Assembly: GCA_021827985.1 (NCBI GenBank)
Contig: JAKATL010000001.1
Span: 45,108 to 109,107 of the forward strand
DNA length: 64,000 nt
Origin: a bacterium
GTDB taxonomy: Bacteria > Chloroflexota > Dormibacteria > Aeolococcales > Bog-877
Reading direction: 5' to 3'
In this document: positions 40,044 to 48,939 of the stretch, piece by piece
Numbering within the stretch: position 1 is the first letter of the stretch
How the letters are laid out: the number at the start of each line of letters is the position of its first letter
Notes under the pieces: generated by a model
Seen by the model: the letters and a program-made list of their open reading frames with translations, nothing else
Database searches by the model: none
Told to the model about the DNA's origin: nothing
Position numbers and translations under genes: made by a program

Positions 40044-40427
40044 TCAGGCCTTGGCCGGCTTCTCGCGCTTGGCCCCGTACTTGCTCCGGGCCTGCTTGCG
40101 AGCCCTGGTCCCCGCCGTGTCCAGCGTGCCGCGCACGATGTGGTAGCGCACGCCGGGCAGGTCCTTGACCCTCCCTCCCCGCACCAGCACCACGGAGTGC
40201 TCCTGCAGGTTGTGGCCGATGCCGGGGATGTAGGCCGTGACCTCGATCTTGCTGGTCAGGCGCACGCGCGCCACCTTTCTGAGGGCCGAGTTCGGCTTCT
40301 TGGGAGTCGTGGTGAACACCCGCACGCACACCCCCCGCCGCTGGGGCGAACCCTTCAGCGCCGGCGACTTGGTCTTCTTGGTGACCGGAGCGCGGCCCTG
40401 GCGGACCAGCTGTTGGATGGTGGGCAA
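40044..40427 (-). CDS. rpsL: 30S ribosomal protein S12
   Basis: TTG-start MPTIQQLVR...[11 protein letters not shown]...GGRVKDLPG. Confidence 0.98.
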   Translation of the reverse strand: MPTIQQLVRQGRAPVTKKTKSPALKGSPQRRGVCVRVFTTTPKKPNSALRKVARVRLTSKIEVTAYIPGIGHNLQEHSVVLVRGGRVKDLPGVRYHIVRGTLDTAGTRARKQARSKYGAKREKPAKA

Positions 40428-40513
40428 ACTGAACTTGTCCTTGGAGAACGCTGGCCGCTCCGGGGTGACGGCCACACATGGAAACAAGCGCCCCTCCGGA
40501 GGCGCGGAAGCCC

Positions 40514-40542
40514 ATTCTATCGCTCCGGGGATGGGGTGTCAA
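40514..40542 (-). promoter_or_regulatory. Strong housekeeping-sigma promoter of the str/S10 superoperon
   Basis: TTGACA-N17-TAGAAT on minus strand upstream of rpsL. Confidence 0.9.
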
Positions 40543-40636
40543 ACTTCCGCATGCCCGGGTGCCCGTTCGGGAACGAAGCCGGAGCAGATGGGCCCCGGAG
40601 CCGCGGCCGGGCTCTCACCGGAGCCGGCCGGGGGCG

Positions 40637-40834
40637 CTACCCGGCGCTGGTGCCGGCAGATCTCCGCTGGGCCAGGAGGCGGGAGTGAACGGTGACCATC
40701 GCTCGGTAGAGGGCGGGGCAGGTGGGACAGTTGGCCACGTGGTGCTCCACGGCGGCGGCCAGATCGGCACTCAGCTCCCCGTCAATCAGGTCAGAGGCCA
40801 GGTCCCGGGCCTCAGCGCATCCCAACTCTCTCAC
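40637..40834 (-). CDS. Small zinc-binding anti-sigma factor (ZAS, zf-HC2)
   Basis: C...SDLIDGEL......VEHHVANCPTC (HxxxCxxC); GTGA-coupled to the ECF sigma. Confidence 0.85.
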   Translation of the reverse strand: MRELGCAEARDLASDLIDGELSADLAAAVEHHVANCPTCPALYRAMVTVHSRLLAQRRSAGTSAG

Positions 40835-41382
40835 CCGAACTCCTCCGCCAAGATCGATACCAGATTCTGCCTACCCCGACGCAGGTGGGACTTCACCGTG
40901 CCCAGCGGCCAGCCGGTGGCGTCGGCGATCTCCGCACCCGTCCAGCCCTCCAGATCGTGGAGGACCACGGCCTGCTTCTGGTCGGCCGTGAGCCTCGCGA
41001 GGGCCAACCACAGAGTGCGCCGGCTCTCGGCCGCGACCGCGACCCCTTCCGGGTCCACGGTGTAGGCGGAGTCCTGCCAGAGCGCCTCCCGGCGCACCGC
41101 GGCCTCCAGGCTCTCTCGCGACTGGCGCCGGCGCAAGAGGTCCCGGCAGGTGTTGACCACAATCCGTTGTACCCAGGTGCACACCGCGGACTCGGAGCGA
41201 AAGCCTCCCGCGGACCGCACCGCTTTCATGCTGGCGTCCTGGACGGCGTCCTCCGCCTGCTCCGCGTCCGAAAGCAAAGAGGTGGCCAGGCGGACGAAGC
41301 GTGGCCGCTGGGCCTCGAGGCAGCCGAGCAGCTCGTCGCGGGATAGCTCCACACCCCAAAGGGTAGGGCGGGCGGGCGGCAC
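40831..41382 (-). CDS. ECF sigma factor
   Basis: AEDAVQDA, TWVQRIVVNTCRD.LRR, VVLHDLEG....EIA......GTVKSHLRRGR. Confidence 0.92.
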   Translation of the reverse strand: MPPARPTLWGVELSRDELLGCLEAQRPRFVRLATSLLSDAEQAEDAVQDASMKAVRSAGGFRSESAVCTWVQRIVVNTCRDLLRRRQSRESLEAAVRREALWQDSAYTVDPEGVAVAAESRRTLWLALARLTADQKQAVVLHDLEGWTGAEIADATGWPLGTVKSHLRRGRQNLVSILAEEFG

Positions 41383-41406
41383 CGTGGCCCACCCGCCCCA
41401 TCCATC

Positions 41407-41625
41407 TCAGGCCCCGCGAACCCGGCTGCCCCGGAACGGAGCGCGAACCACCGGGGCGATCAGGCAGACATTGGTCACCCCTGCCAGAAGAGGTACCAGG
41501 CCGACTATGGCCACGATGACCCCGGCCACCCCACCAAGGGCCAGACCGACTCCGATCAGCACCAAGCCGGCCAGCACCCGCAGGCCCCGTCCACTCGCCG
41601 TCGCCATCCAAGCTGCCAACTTCAT
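41407..41625 (-). CDS. Small membrane protein, DUF2892/YgaP-like
   Basis: R.LR.L.GL.L..., GLVPLLAG..N.C; two hydrophobic segments; GGAGGTGA RBS. Confidence 0.75.
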   Translation of the reverse strand: MKLAAWMATASGRGLRVLAGLVLIGVGLALGGVAGVIVAIVGLVPLLAGVTNVCLIAPVVRAPFRGSRVRGA

Positions 41626-41665
41626 CGCCTCACCTCCTTGGTGAACTCTTTCCATCTGCCTCCTT

Positions 41666-41693
41666 AGACGGATGCCGGGCTCCATTGGATGCA
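41666..41693 (-). promoter_or_regulatory. Putative ECF-type promoter for the DUF2892-ECF-ZAS operon
   Basis: TGCATCC-N16-CGTCT on minus strand (7-N16-CGTC layout typical of ECF autoregulatory promoters). Confidence 0.4.
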
Positions 41694-41712
41694 TGCCTCG
41701 GCCGGATATAAT
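41685..41712 (+). promoter_or_regulatory. Housekeeping-sigma promoter of dps-furA
   Basis: TTGGAT-N16-TATAAT. Confidence 0.7.
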
Positions 41713-41727
41713 TCGGACTGAGTCCGA
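41713..41727. promoter_or_regulatory. Fur-family (FurA-like) 7-1-7 operator
   Basis: Perfect TCGGACT-G-AGTCCGA between -10 box and AGGAGG RBS of dps. Confidence 0.75.
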
Positions 41728-41742
41728 TTAGGAGGCAAGAGC

Positions 41743-42213
41743 ATGATCACCATCGAGAGCGCGCTGGCCCCGGCCGCGGCCCGCCAACTGGGGGAGCGGA
41801 TGCAAGAGCTGCTCACCGAGTTCACCGACCTGGCCCTGCAGGCCAAGCAGGTTCACTGGCACGTCACCGGGCCCAACTTCGAGTCCATCCACCTCCAGAT
41901 GGACCGGCTGGTGGACGACGCCAGGGTCTGGGCCGACACCGTGGCCGAGCGCTCGGTGACGCTGGGGGTCCCGGTGGACGGCAATGCCGTCACGGTCGCC
42001 GATGGCTCCGGGCTGGCCTCCATGCGACTCGGGTACCTATCCGGGCCGGACGCCGTCGCTGAGATCACCGGCCGGGTGCGCCAGGTGGCAACCGACGTCC
42101 GGAGGGCCATAGCCGAGATTGGCGAGCTGGACCCGGTGAGCCAGGACCTGGTGATAACGATCGCTGAAGCTCTGGACAAGCACCTCTGGATGCTACAGGC
42201 GCAGCTCGGCTGA
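41743..42213 (+). CDS. dps: Dps / DNA starvation-stationary phase protection protein
   Basis: KQVHWHVTGPNF..IH..MD......R..AD.VAER; DPVSQD; KHLWML. Confidence 0.95.
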   Translation: MITIESALAPAAARQLGERMQELLTEFTDLALQAKQVHWHVTGPNFESIHLQMDRLVDDARVWADTVAERSVTLGVPVDGNAVTVADGSGLASMRLGYLSGPDAVAEITGRVRQVATDVRRAIAEIGELDPVSQDLVITIAEALDKHLWMLQAQLG

Positions 42214-42638
42214 CCAGCTCAAGGGCTGAGAAGGAGGCGCTCCGGCTCGCCGGCCTGCGGGCTACCCGTCCCCGTTTACGGCTGCGCCTGGCGCTGCGGG
42301 AGATGGCGGGGCACCGCGCCGCGGATGAGGTGCACGCCTGGCTCCGGGGCCAGGGAACCTCGGTGGCCCGCTCCACCGTGTTCCGCGGGTTGGAGGAGCT
42401 GGCCCGGGCGGGTTTGGTGATGCGGGCCGACCCGGGGGCGGGGCCGGCCCGCTACGAGTTCGCCCGGGAGTGGCACCACCACTTCGTCTGCCGCCGCTGC
42501 TCCGTGGTGGTGGACGTACCCTGCGTCCGTGGAGAGGCTCCGTGCCTTGATCCCCAGCTGGCCACGCCGGCCCTGGTCGACGAGGCCCAGGTGACCTTCC
42601 GAGGGCTCTGTCCCGCCTGCTCGGCCCGGCCTGGATGA
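42210..42638 (+). CDS. furA: Fur-family regulator, FurA/FurS (peroxide-sensing) type; start probably CTG 42210
   Basis: In-frame ALRLAGLRATRPR upstream of first ATG (42303); HHHFVCRRC..DVPCVRGEAPCL..DEAQV..GLCPAC. Confidence 0.85.
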   Translation: MTSSRAEKEALRLAGLRATRPRLRLRLALREMAGHRAADEVHAWLRGQGTSVARSTVFRGLEELARAGLVMRADPGAGPARYEFAREWHHHFVCRRCSVVVDVPCVRGEAPCLDPQLATPALVDEAQVTFRGLCPACSARPG

Positions 42639-42645
42639 GCTCCGC

Positions 42646-44091
42646 TCAGTCCAGCGACACCATCACGTGCTTGATCTGGGTGTACTCCTCGATGGAGTAG
42701 GACGAGAGGTCCTTCCCGTACCCGCTCTGCTTGAATCCCCCATGCGGCATCTCGCTGACCAGGATGATGTGGGTGTTGACCCAGACGGTGCCGAACTTGA
42801 GCCGCTTGGCCATGCGCATGGCTCGTCCCACATCCCGGGTCCACACCGAAGCCGCCAGCCCGTAGTCGACATCATTGGCCCAGGCTGCCGCGTCCTCCTC
42901 GTCTGAGAAGCGCTGCACCGTGATCACCGGGCCGAAGACCTCGCGCTGGACGATCTCAGAGCGCTGGTCGGGAGGGACCACCACGGTGGGGGTGTACCAG
43001 AAACCGTCCCGCTCCATGGGGGCGCCGCCGGTGAGCACCTCGCCCCCGCCGGCGACCGCGCGCTCCACGAAACCGGTGACCCGCTGGAGCTGCTGGGACG
43101 AGACTACAGGGCCCATCTCGGTGCCGGGGTCGGAGGGGTCCCCGACGCGGAGGCCCTCCACCGCGTTGACCAGACTGCTGACAAAGTTGTCGAAGTGTCG
43201 GTCGGCCACCAGTAGGCGAGTCGCCGCAGTGCAGTCCTGGCCGGAGTTGAAGAAGGCTCCGACCTTAATCCCCTCCACCGTGGCCTCCAGGTCGCAGTCG
43301 TCGAACACCACCACCGGCGCCTTGCCCCCGAGCTCCAGGTGGACCTTCTTCAGGGACGCGGACGCGGCCCGGGCTATCTCCTTCCCGGTTCCCACGTCGC
43401 CCGTTAGGGAGACCATGCCCACCCCTGGGTGGCGGACAATGCCTGCGCCCACCGATTCCCCGTCGCCGGTGATCACGTTCAGCACCCCCGGGGGCAGCGC
43501 CTCAGCGGCCAGCTCCGCGAAGCGCAGCGCGGAAAGGGGGGTCCACTCCGACGGCTTGAGGACGACGGTGTTGCCGGCGGCCAGTGCCGGCCCCAGCTTC
43601 CAGACGGCCATCTGCAGGGGGTAGTTCCAGGGCGCGATCGAGCCCACCACCCCCACGGGCTCCCGGCGGATCATGCTGGTGAATCCCCGCAGGTACTCCA
43701 TCGTGGCCTTGCCCTCCAGGCAGCGCGCCCCGGCAGCGAAGAAGCGAAGGGCGTCCACGGTGGGAGGCATCTCCTCGGAGATGGTCGTGGTGATCGGCTT
43801 GCCCACGTTCTGGGACTCGATGCGGGCCAGCTCCTCGCTGTGCTCCTCCACCAGGCCGGCGAGCTTGAGCAGGGCCTCACTGCGCTCCTTGGGCGTGCTG
43901 TCACCCCAGCCACCGTCGAAGGCCCGCCTGGCGGCCTCGACCGCCCGCTGGACATCCGCCTCCGAACCCCTGGGTGCCCGGGCGATCACCTCGCCGGTCG
44001 CCGGGTTGAAGATCTCCTGGACCCCCGAGCTCTCGCTCTCCACCCATTCCCCACCGATGAAGATCCGCCGCGTGGTCCCGGGATCGATCAT
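42646..44091 (-). CDS. patD: Aldehyde dehydrogenase, gamma-aminobutyraldehyde dehydrogenase (PatD/YdcW-like)
   Basis: [66 protein letters not shown]; ATGA-coupled to gabT. Confidence 0.85.
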   Translation of the reverse strand: MIDPGTTRRIFIGGEWVESESSGVQEIFNPATGEVIARAPRGSEADVQRAVEAARRAFDGGWGDSTPKERSEALLKLAGLVEEHSEELARIESQNVGKPITTTISEEMPPTVDALRFFAAGARCLEGKATMEYLRGFTSMIRREPVGVVGSIAPWNYPLQMAVWKLGPALAAGNTVVLKPSEWTPLSALRFAELAAEALPPGVLNVITGDGESVGAGIVRHPGVGMVSLTGDVGTGKEIARAASASLKKVHLELGGKAPVVVFDDCDLEATVEGIKVGAFFNSGQDCTAATRLLVADRHFDNFVSSLVNAVEGLRVGDPSDPGTEMGPVVSSQQLQRVTGFVERAVAGGGEVLTGGAPMERDGFWYTPTVVVPPDQRSEIVQREVFGPVITVQRFSDEEDAAAWANDVDYGLAASVWTRDVGRAMRMAKRLKFGTVWVNTHIILVSEMPHGGFKQSGYGKDLSSYSIEEYTQIKHVMVSLD

Positions 44092-45479
44092 CTGGAACTC
44101 GCCTCCTTCGCATGACCGGGCTCTCCAAAAGCCCGCTCCTCCGCCCTCCGCAGCTGGCCCTCCAGGACATCCAAGCCCCGCAGCAACGGTTCCTCCTCGA
44201 TCGTTAAGGGCATGAGGGCCCTCAGCACGTTGTGCGCTGGTCCGGCCCGCAGGACCAGGAGACCCTCCTCCCGGCAGCCGGCGAGGATCTCCGCTGTCTG
44301 GTCGACGGCGGGTTCCTTGCTCTCCCGGTCGAGCACCAGCTCCACTCCGGCCATGGCCCCCAGCTGGCGGACGTCTCCCACCAGCCGGTACCGACGCCCC
44401 CACTCTCCGAGGCGCTCCTCCAGAATCGAGGCCAGCACACCCGCCCGCTCCAGCAGCGAGCCGTCCTCCACCAGATCGAGGACGGCCAGCGCCGCGGCAC
44501 AGGCGACCGGGTTGCCGCCGAAGGTACCACCCAGGCTGCCGGGGCCAGGGGCGTCCATGATCTCCGCCCTCCCCACCACCGCCGAGAGCGGTAGGCCCCC
44601 GGCCAGGCTCTTGGCCACGGTCATGAGATCCGGCTCCACGCCGGAGTGTTCGATGGCAAAGAGCTTTCCCGTCCGGCCCATGCCGCTCTGGACCTCGTCG
44701 ACCACCAGAACGATCCCGTATCGGTCGCAGATCACCCGCAAACCCTGGAGGAACTCGGGAGGCGCCGGAACGAACCCACCCTCTCCCAAAACCGGCTCGA
44801 TCACCACCGCCGCCACCGTTTCCGGCGCCACCTGCCCAGCCAAGAGTGCCTCCAGTGCGGCCAGGGCGCGGGCGCTGTCCCAACCCCGGTACTCGTAGGG
44901 ATAGGGAGAGCGGTGGACCTCGCCGACAAAGGGCCCGAAGCCCTCCTTGTATGGGCGCTCGGTCCCGGTGAGGCTCATGGTGAGGAGGGTGCGACCGTGG
45001 AAGGCCCCGGAGAAGGCGACCACGGCGGGCCTACCGGTGTAGAGACGGGCAATCTTGACCGCGTTCTCCACCGCCTCGGCGCCGGAGTTGAGCAGCAGGG
45101 CCTTCTTGGGGTGGGGGCCGGGTGCGAGCCGGCACAGCCTCTCCACCACATCCAGGTAGGGGCGGTAGGCCGCCACCTGGAACGAGGTGTGGATCAAGAG
45201 GTCCAGCTGGCGGTGGGCGGCCGCCACCACCGCCGGATGCCCATGGCCGACGTTCAGAACGCCGATCCCGCCGGTGAAGTCGATGAACTCCCGCCCGGCC
45301 CCGTCCCACAGCGTGGACCCCTTGGCCCGCGCCACCAAAAGGGGGTGGGCGGGGACCATCGCCCGGGGCAGGAAGGGGGAGAGGTGGTCGCCGTCCAGGG
45401 CGGCTCCGGCTACGGTCGGCTCCAGCACCAGCCTGACGATAGCGGCCGTCCGCTCGAGCGGATATGTTGGCGCACCCAA
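44088..45479 (-). CDS. gabT: 4-aminobutyrate aminotransferase (class III PLP); start uncertain
   Basis: [68 protein letters not shown]. Confidence 0.88.
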   Translation of the reverse strand: MGAPTYPLERTAAIVRLVLEPTVAGAALDGDHLSPFLPRAMVPAHPLLVARAKGSTLWDGAGREFIDFTGGIGVLNVGHGHPAVVAAAHRQLDLLIHTSFQVAAYRPYLDVVERLCRLAPGPHPKKALLLNSGAEAVENAVKIARLYTGRPAVVAFSGAFHGRTLLTMSLTGTERPYKEGFGPFVGEVHRSPYPYEYRGWDSARALAALEALLAGQVAPETVAAVVIEPVLGEGGFVPAPPEFLQGLRVICDRYGIVLVVDEVQSGMGRTGKLFAIEHSGVEPDLMTVAKSLAGGLPLSAVVGRAEIMDAPGPGSLGGTFGGNPVACAAALAVLDLVEDGSLLERAGVLASILEERLGEWGRRYRLVGDVRQLGAMAGVELVLDRESKEPAVDQTAEILAGCREEGLLVLRAGPAHNVLRALMPLTIEEEPLLRGLDVLEGQLRRAEERAFGEPGHAKEASSR

Positions 45480-45483
45480 GAAA

Positions 45484-47127
45484 TCAGGCCCGGGATTTGT
45501 CGCCGAGTGACATGATCCGGGCCGCCAGCTGGAGCTGGAAGCGCACTTCGGGGTCGGTCAGATCCACCTTCAGGAGGTCCTGGGAGCGGTCCAGCCGATA
45601 GCGCAGGGTGTTGGGATGGATGTGGAGCCGGGTGGAGGTCCGTCGCTGGTGGAACCCCTCTCGGGCCAGAGCCACCAGGCTGGAGACCAGGACATCGCCG
45701 CCACGAACCCGCTGGAGCGGGCCGAAGAGCTGCTCCAAGAAAGCGGGGCGAGCGTCGGCGTCTCCGGCCAGAACCCGCGGGATGAGCATCTCCTCGTAGC
45801 GCCGCACCTGGCCCACCGGCACCTGGTCGACGATCGCCTCCGCCTCCCGGTAGCTGCGGCGCACCCCCTCAGTGCCCACCAACTCGCGACCCAGCGCCAG
45901 CGAGCATTCCGAGAGGTGGGCCATCAGGCGGGCCACCTCCTGCCGGCCCGGGAGCAGGAAGACCACCCGGTTGAGCCGGGCGGAGGTGACCGTCACCCCA
46001 CCTCCCAGGGAGAGCCCCTGGCGGATGCGATCCGCGAGACGGTCGCGCCGCACCACGTCGTCGCGGCTGAGCGGCAGCTTGACCGGCATGGAAGCCACCC
46101 CCACTCGGTAGCTGGCCTCCGGGTCGAAGCCGAGCAGCCGTGCCCGCTCCTGGCTGGATGCCCCCGCCTCCAGACGGCCCTCCAGGAGTGCGTCCAGAAA
46201 GGTGGCCCCCAGGCGCAGTTCAACCATCGCCACCTGACGCTGACTGGCTATGTGCAGGGCGGCCACGGTGGCGGCGTGCTCGGCGGCCCGCAGGTGGAGA
46301 TCGCTCAGCTCGCTCTCCCCCTCCACGATCCACACGGTCCCCACCAGCTCGCCGCGCAACCAAATTGGGCATACCACCCGGGCACTCAGCGAGAGAGCCG
46401 GGTGCGCCGGGATGCGCACCGGGCCTCGGCTGCGCCGGACCCGCTCCAGGTAGCCGCCGCGCTCCAGGTGGGCCAGCACCTCATTGGGCGTGGCCCCGTC
46501 GGCGAGAGTCGCCCGCCGGACCGCGTCCGGCTGGCGGGTGGCACTCCAACTGGCCAGCAACTTGCCCTCGGGATCCTCAAGGGTGATGTCACGGTCGATG
46601 AGGCGCCCCAGAGTGTCGACCAGATCCTGCAGGCTCCCCGCCGTCACCGCGGCCTGGGTGAGCTCCTGGTGGATCAGCGCCGCCAGCTCGATCACCTTGA
46701 GCTGCTCCATCATGATGGCCGAGTTGACGGCCCTGGTCACCGTGTTGAAGGGCACCTCCCAGGGCAGCTCCACCAACGGGAGCGCCAGCAGCTCCGCCGC
46801 CTGGCGGGCCGCCTCGGGAAAGTGAGGCAGGTACCTGGGAACCGCCAGCACCACGCCGGCCAGGCCCCGTTGCGCCAGCTCTTGGAGCAGCCCCCGCTGG
46901 TCCGCCTCGCCAGCCGGCCAGCTGATTCCGGTGGTGAGCAGCAGCTGACCCGCTCCCACCCAGGGGAGCGGGTCAGGGATGTCAACCACATCCGCCCAGC
47001 GCACCTCGCGGCCCAGCCCGCCCCCGCCGGCGACAACCACCGCCGCCGCCAGCGGCTCGAGAAGGAGCGCCTGGGACACCGTCATGGCGCCGGACGCAGC
47101 GGTGCGCCGCAGCGGGCTGTCGATCAC
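45484..47127 (-). CDS. PucR-family transcriptional regulator (start 47127 or 47085)
   Basis: N-terminal PucR domain (GLGREVRWADVVD, W...GQLLLTTG), central GAF-like region, C-terminal LHIHPNTLRYRL HTH. Confidence 0.92.
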   Translation of the reverse strand: MIDSPLRRTAASGAMTVSQALLLEPLAAAVVVAGGGGLGREVRWADVVDIPDPLPWVGAGQLLLTTGISWPAGEADQRGLLQELAQRGLAGVVLAVPRYLPHFPEAARQAAELLALPLVELPWEVPFNTVTRAVNSAIMMEQLKVIELAALIHQELTQAAVTAGSLQDLVDTLGRLIDRDITLEDPEGKLLASWSATRQPDAVRRATLADGATPNEVLAHLERGGYLERVRRSRGPVRIPAHPALSLSARVVCPIWLRGELVGTVWIVEGESELSDLHLRAAEHAATVAALHIASQRQVAMVELRLGATFLDALLEGRLEAGASSQERARLLGFDPEASYRVGVASMPVKLPLSRDDVVRRDRLADRIRQGLSLGGGVTVTSARLNRVVFLLPGRQEVARLMAHLSECSLALGRELVGTEGVRRSYREAEAIVDQVPVGQVRRYEEMLIPRVLAGDADARPAFLEQLFGPLQRVRGGDVLVSSLVALAREGFHQRRTSTRLHIHPNTLRYRLDRSQDLLKVDLTDPEVRFQLQLAARIMSLGDKSRA

Positions 47128-47228
47128 CGGCCGGGCCCTGCCCCCGGTGGGCCACCACTTCGCCCCGGAAGCTTCTCCACGGCCTGATGATGCACCAGTC
47201 GCTGGCCTGCGTTGCCGACCGGCGGCCG

Positions 47229-48599
47229 TCAGGCGCGCAGTGCCCTCGCCATCTCCTCGAAATTGTCCACGTAGCGCCGGACGTCGTCCTCGGAGTGCTG
47301 GACCGAGAGGGTCCAGTTCTCCTCCGCTCCAGGTGCCATGAGCACGCCCCGGTTCGACTGGTAGAGCCAGGAGAGGTAGGCGTAGCTCTTGTCGATCTCG
47401 AGGTAGTCACGGTAGTTCCGGACCGGGTCCTGGCGGTAGGTGACGCATCCCCGGGCCCCCACGGCCACGACGTGGAAGGGCAGTTCATAGTCTCGAATGA
47501 CCCGCTCCAACCCCCCGCGCAGCACCTCGTGGAGCGCATCGAAGTGGGAATAGGCCATGGGGGTGAGGACCTCCAAGAGGGTGGCCTTGGAGGCCGCCAT
47601 GGTGAGGGCGTTGCCGTTGAAGGTACCCATTTGGCTGATGCGGCCTGACGCCACCATCTCCATGATCTCCGCCGTGGCCCCGACCGCACCGCAGGGCAGC
47701 CCGCCGCCGATCGCCTTGGCCAGACACACAATGTCCGGAGTGAGACCGAAGGCCTCGGTAGCCCCGCCGGGGGCCAGCGTCACCCCGGTCTTGACTTCGT
47801 CGAAGATCAGGACGGCACCGTGCCGGTGGGCGATCTGCTTCAGGCCGGCAAGGTACCCGGGCTGGGGAAGCACCATGCCGATGTTCATCATCGCCGGCTC
47901 GACGATGATCGCCGCCACCTCCCCCGGGTGGCTGACCAGAGCGTGCTCCGCGGCGGCCAGATCGTTGAAGGGAACCACAGTCACGAGCTCCACCACCGCA
48001 CGGGGAATGCCCGCCGACTGGGGCACCGAGTTGGGGGCATCGGCCGGACCCATGAGCTCCGGCTTAGGCTCCACGGACACCATCAGGGAGTCGTGGTGGC
48101 CATGGTAGGTCGCTTCGATCTTCACCAGCCGCTCCCGGCCGGTGAACCCGCGAGCCAGCCTCACCGCGTCCAGGGTCGACTCGGTGCCGCTGTTGGTGAA
48201 CCGCCACTGCGGCAGCTGAAATCGCCGGGCCAGCTCGGCGGCAACCACCACGAAGTCCTCGCCGGGTTGGGCGAAGTGGGTACCCCGCCCCGCCCGCTCG
48301 GCGATCGCAGCAACCACCAGAGGGTGGGCGTGGCCGACCACGTTGACCCCGAAGCCGTTGTGAAAGTCCACGTACTCGTTGCCATCGGCGTCCCAGACTC
48401 GGCTGCCGGCCCCGCGGTCCACGAAGATGGGGAACGGGGGACTGTCCTGGAACGAAGACGGGACCCCCCCGGGGCTGTGTTCGCGGGCTCGCTGCACCAG
48501 TTCCCTGGAGCGCGGCCGACGGCGCTCGAACTCAAGCTCCTCACGCTCGGTGAGCTCGGCGATCCGATCAGTGGCCGGGCTCGGTCTCTCGCTGCTCAT
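47229..48599 (-). CDS. Class III aminotransferase, HemL/GSA-aminomutase-like paralog
   Basis: PGGV, WDADGNEYVD, NSGTE, YHGH.D, FDEVKTG, AKAIGGGLP, GTFNGN; lacks HemL NSPVR motif. Confidence 0.8.
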   Translation of the reverse strand: MSSERPSPATDRIAELTEREELEFERRRPRSRELVQRAREHSPGGVPSSFQDSPPFPIFVDRGAGSRVWDADGNEYVDFHNGFGVNVVGHAHPLVVAAIAERAGRGTHFAQPGEDFVVVAAELARRFQLPQWRFTNSGTESTLDAVRLARGFTGRERLVKIEATYHGHHDSLMVSVEPKPELMGPADAPNSVPQSAGIPRAVVELVTVVPFNDLAAAEHALVSHPGEVAAIIVEPAMMNIGMVLPQPGYLAGLKQIAHRHGAVLIFDEVKTGVTLAPGGATEAFGLTPDIVCLAKAIGGGLPCGAVGATAEIMEMVASGRISQMGTFNGNALTMAASKATLLEVLTPMAYSHFDALHEVLRGGLERVIRDYELPFHVVAVGARGCVTYRQDPVRNYRDYLEIDKSYAYLSWLYQSNRGVLMAPGAEENWTLSVQHSEDDVRRYVDNFEEMARALRA

Positions 48600-48680
48600 A
48601 TCCCATCTCCTTTACACAACACGCCCCCAACCTGGAAGGACACCCTGAGGGGCACGCTCGGCCCCTTGCAGAAGGAGGTG

Positions 48681-48731
48681 TCAGGTAGGAGCCAGGGCCC
48701 GGGTGCGCCGGGAGAAGGGCTGTAGCTGCAT
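48681..48731 (-). other. Possible 16-aa leader peptide MQLQPFSRRTRALAPT in the long 5' leader of the aminotransferase operon
   Basis: ATG at 48731 preceded by GGAGAGG; embedded in GGGAGAGGGT...GCCCTTCTCCC stem. Confidence 0.3.
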
Positions 48732-48824
48732 GGCCACCCTCTCCCTACGGAGCGCGCGGGAGCGGCTGGGGCAGCCCCGTGCGCCGCGCGGGACCGCCAG
48801 CGAATCGGTGGGCATCGCGAACCA

Positions 48825-48932
48825 ACTCTATCTCCCCTCCCGGGTCTCGGGACATGTGGACCCGATCCAGAGTTGCCCCGACATTTTGTGAACCGGGTCC
48901 AATGCCAGTAACTACGGGGGCGAACCTATGAT
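48825..48932. promoter_or_regulatory. Symmetric bidirectional promoter with two imperfect 17-bp PucR-type sites
   Basis: -10 TAGAGT (minus, 48825-48830), sites 48854-48870 and 48886-48902, -10 TATGAT (plus, 48927-48932). Confidence 0.6.
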
Positions 48933-48939
48933 CAATGCC

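Noticed and set aside
40044-40427. Streptomycin-resistance substitutions in S12
   Set aside because: Both PKKPNS and RVKDLP motifs are wild type.
44092-44883. Apparent 260-aa N-terminal extension of the aldehyde dehydrogenase (745-aa ORF)
   Set aside because: It overlaps gabT in another frame; the real start is ATG 44091 coupled to the gabT stop. The same applies to the over-long ORF calls for tsaB, tsaE, thiL, cdaR, rpsI, rplM, truA, rplQ, rplR, rplX and rplP.
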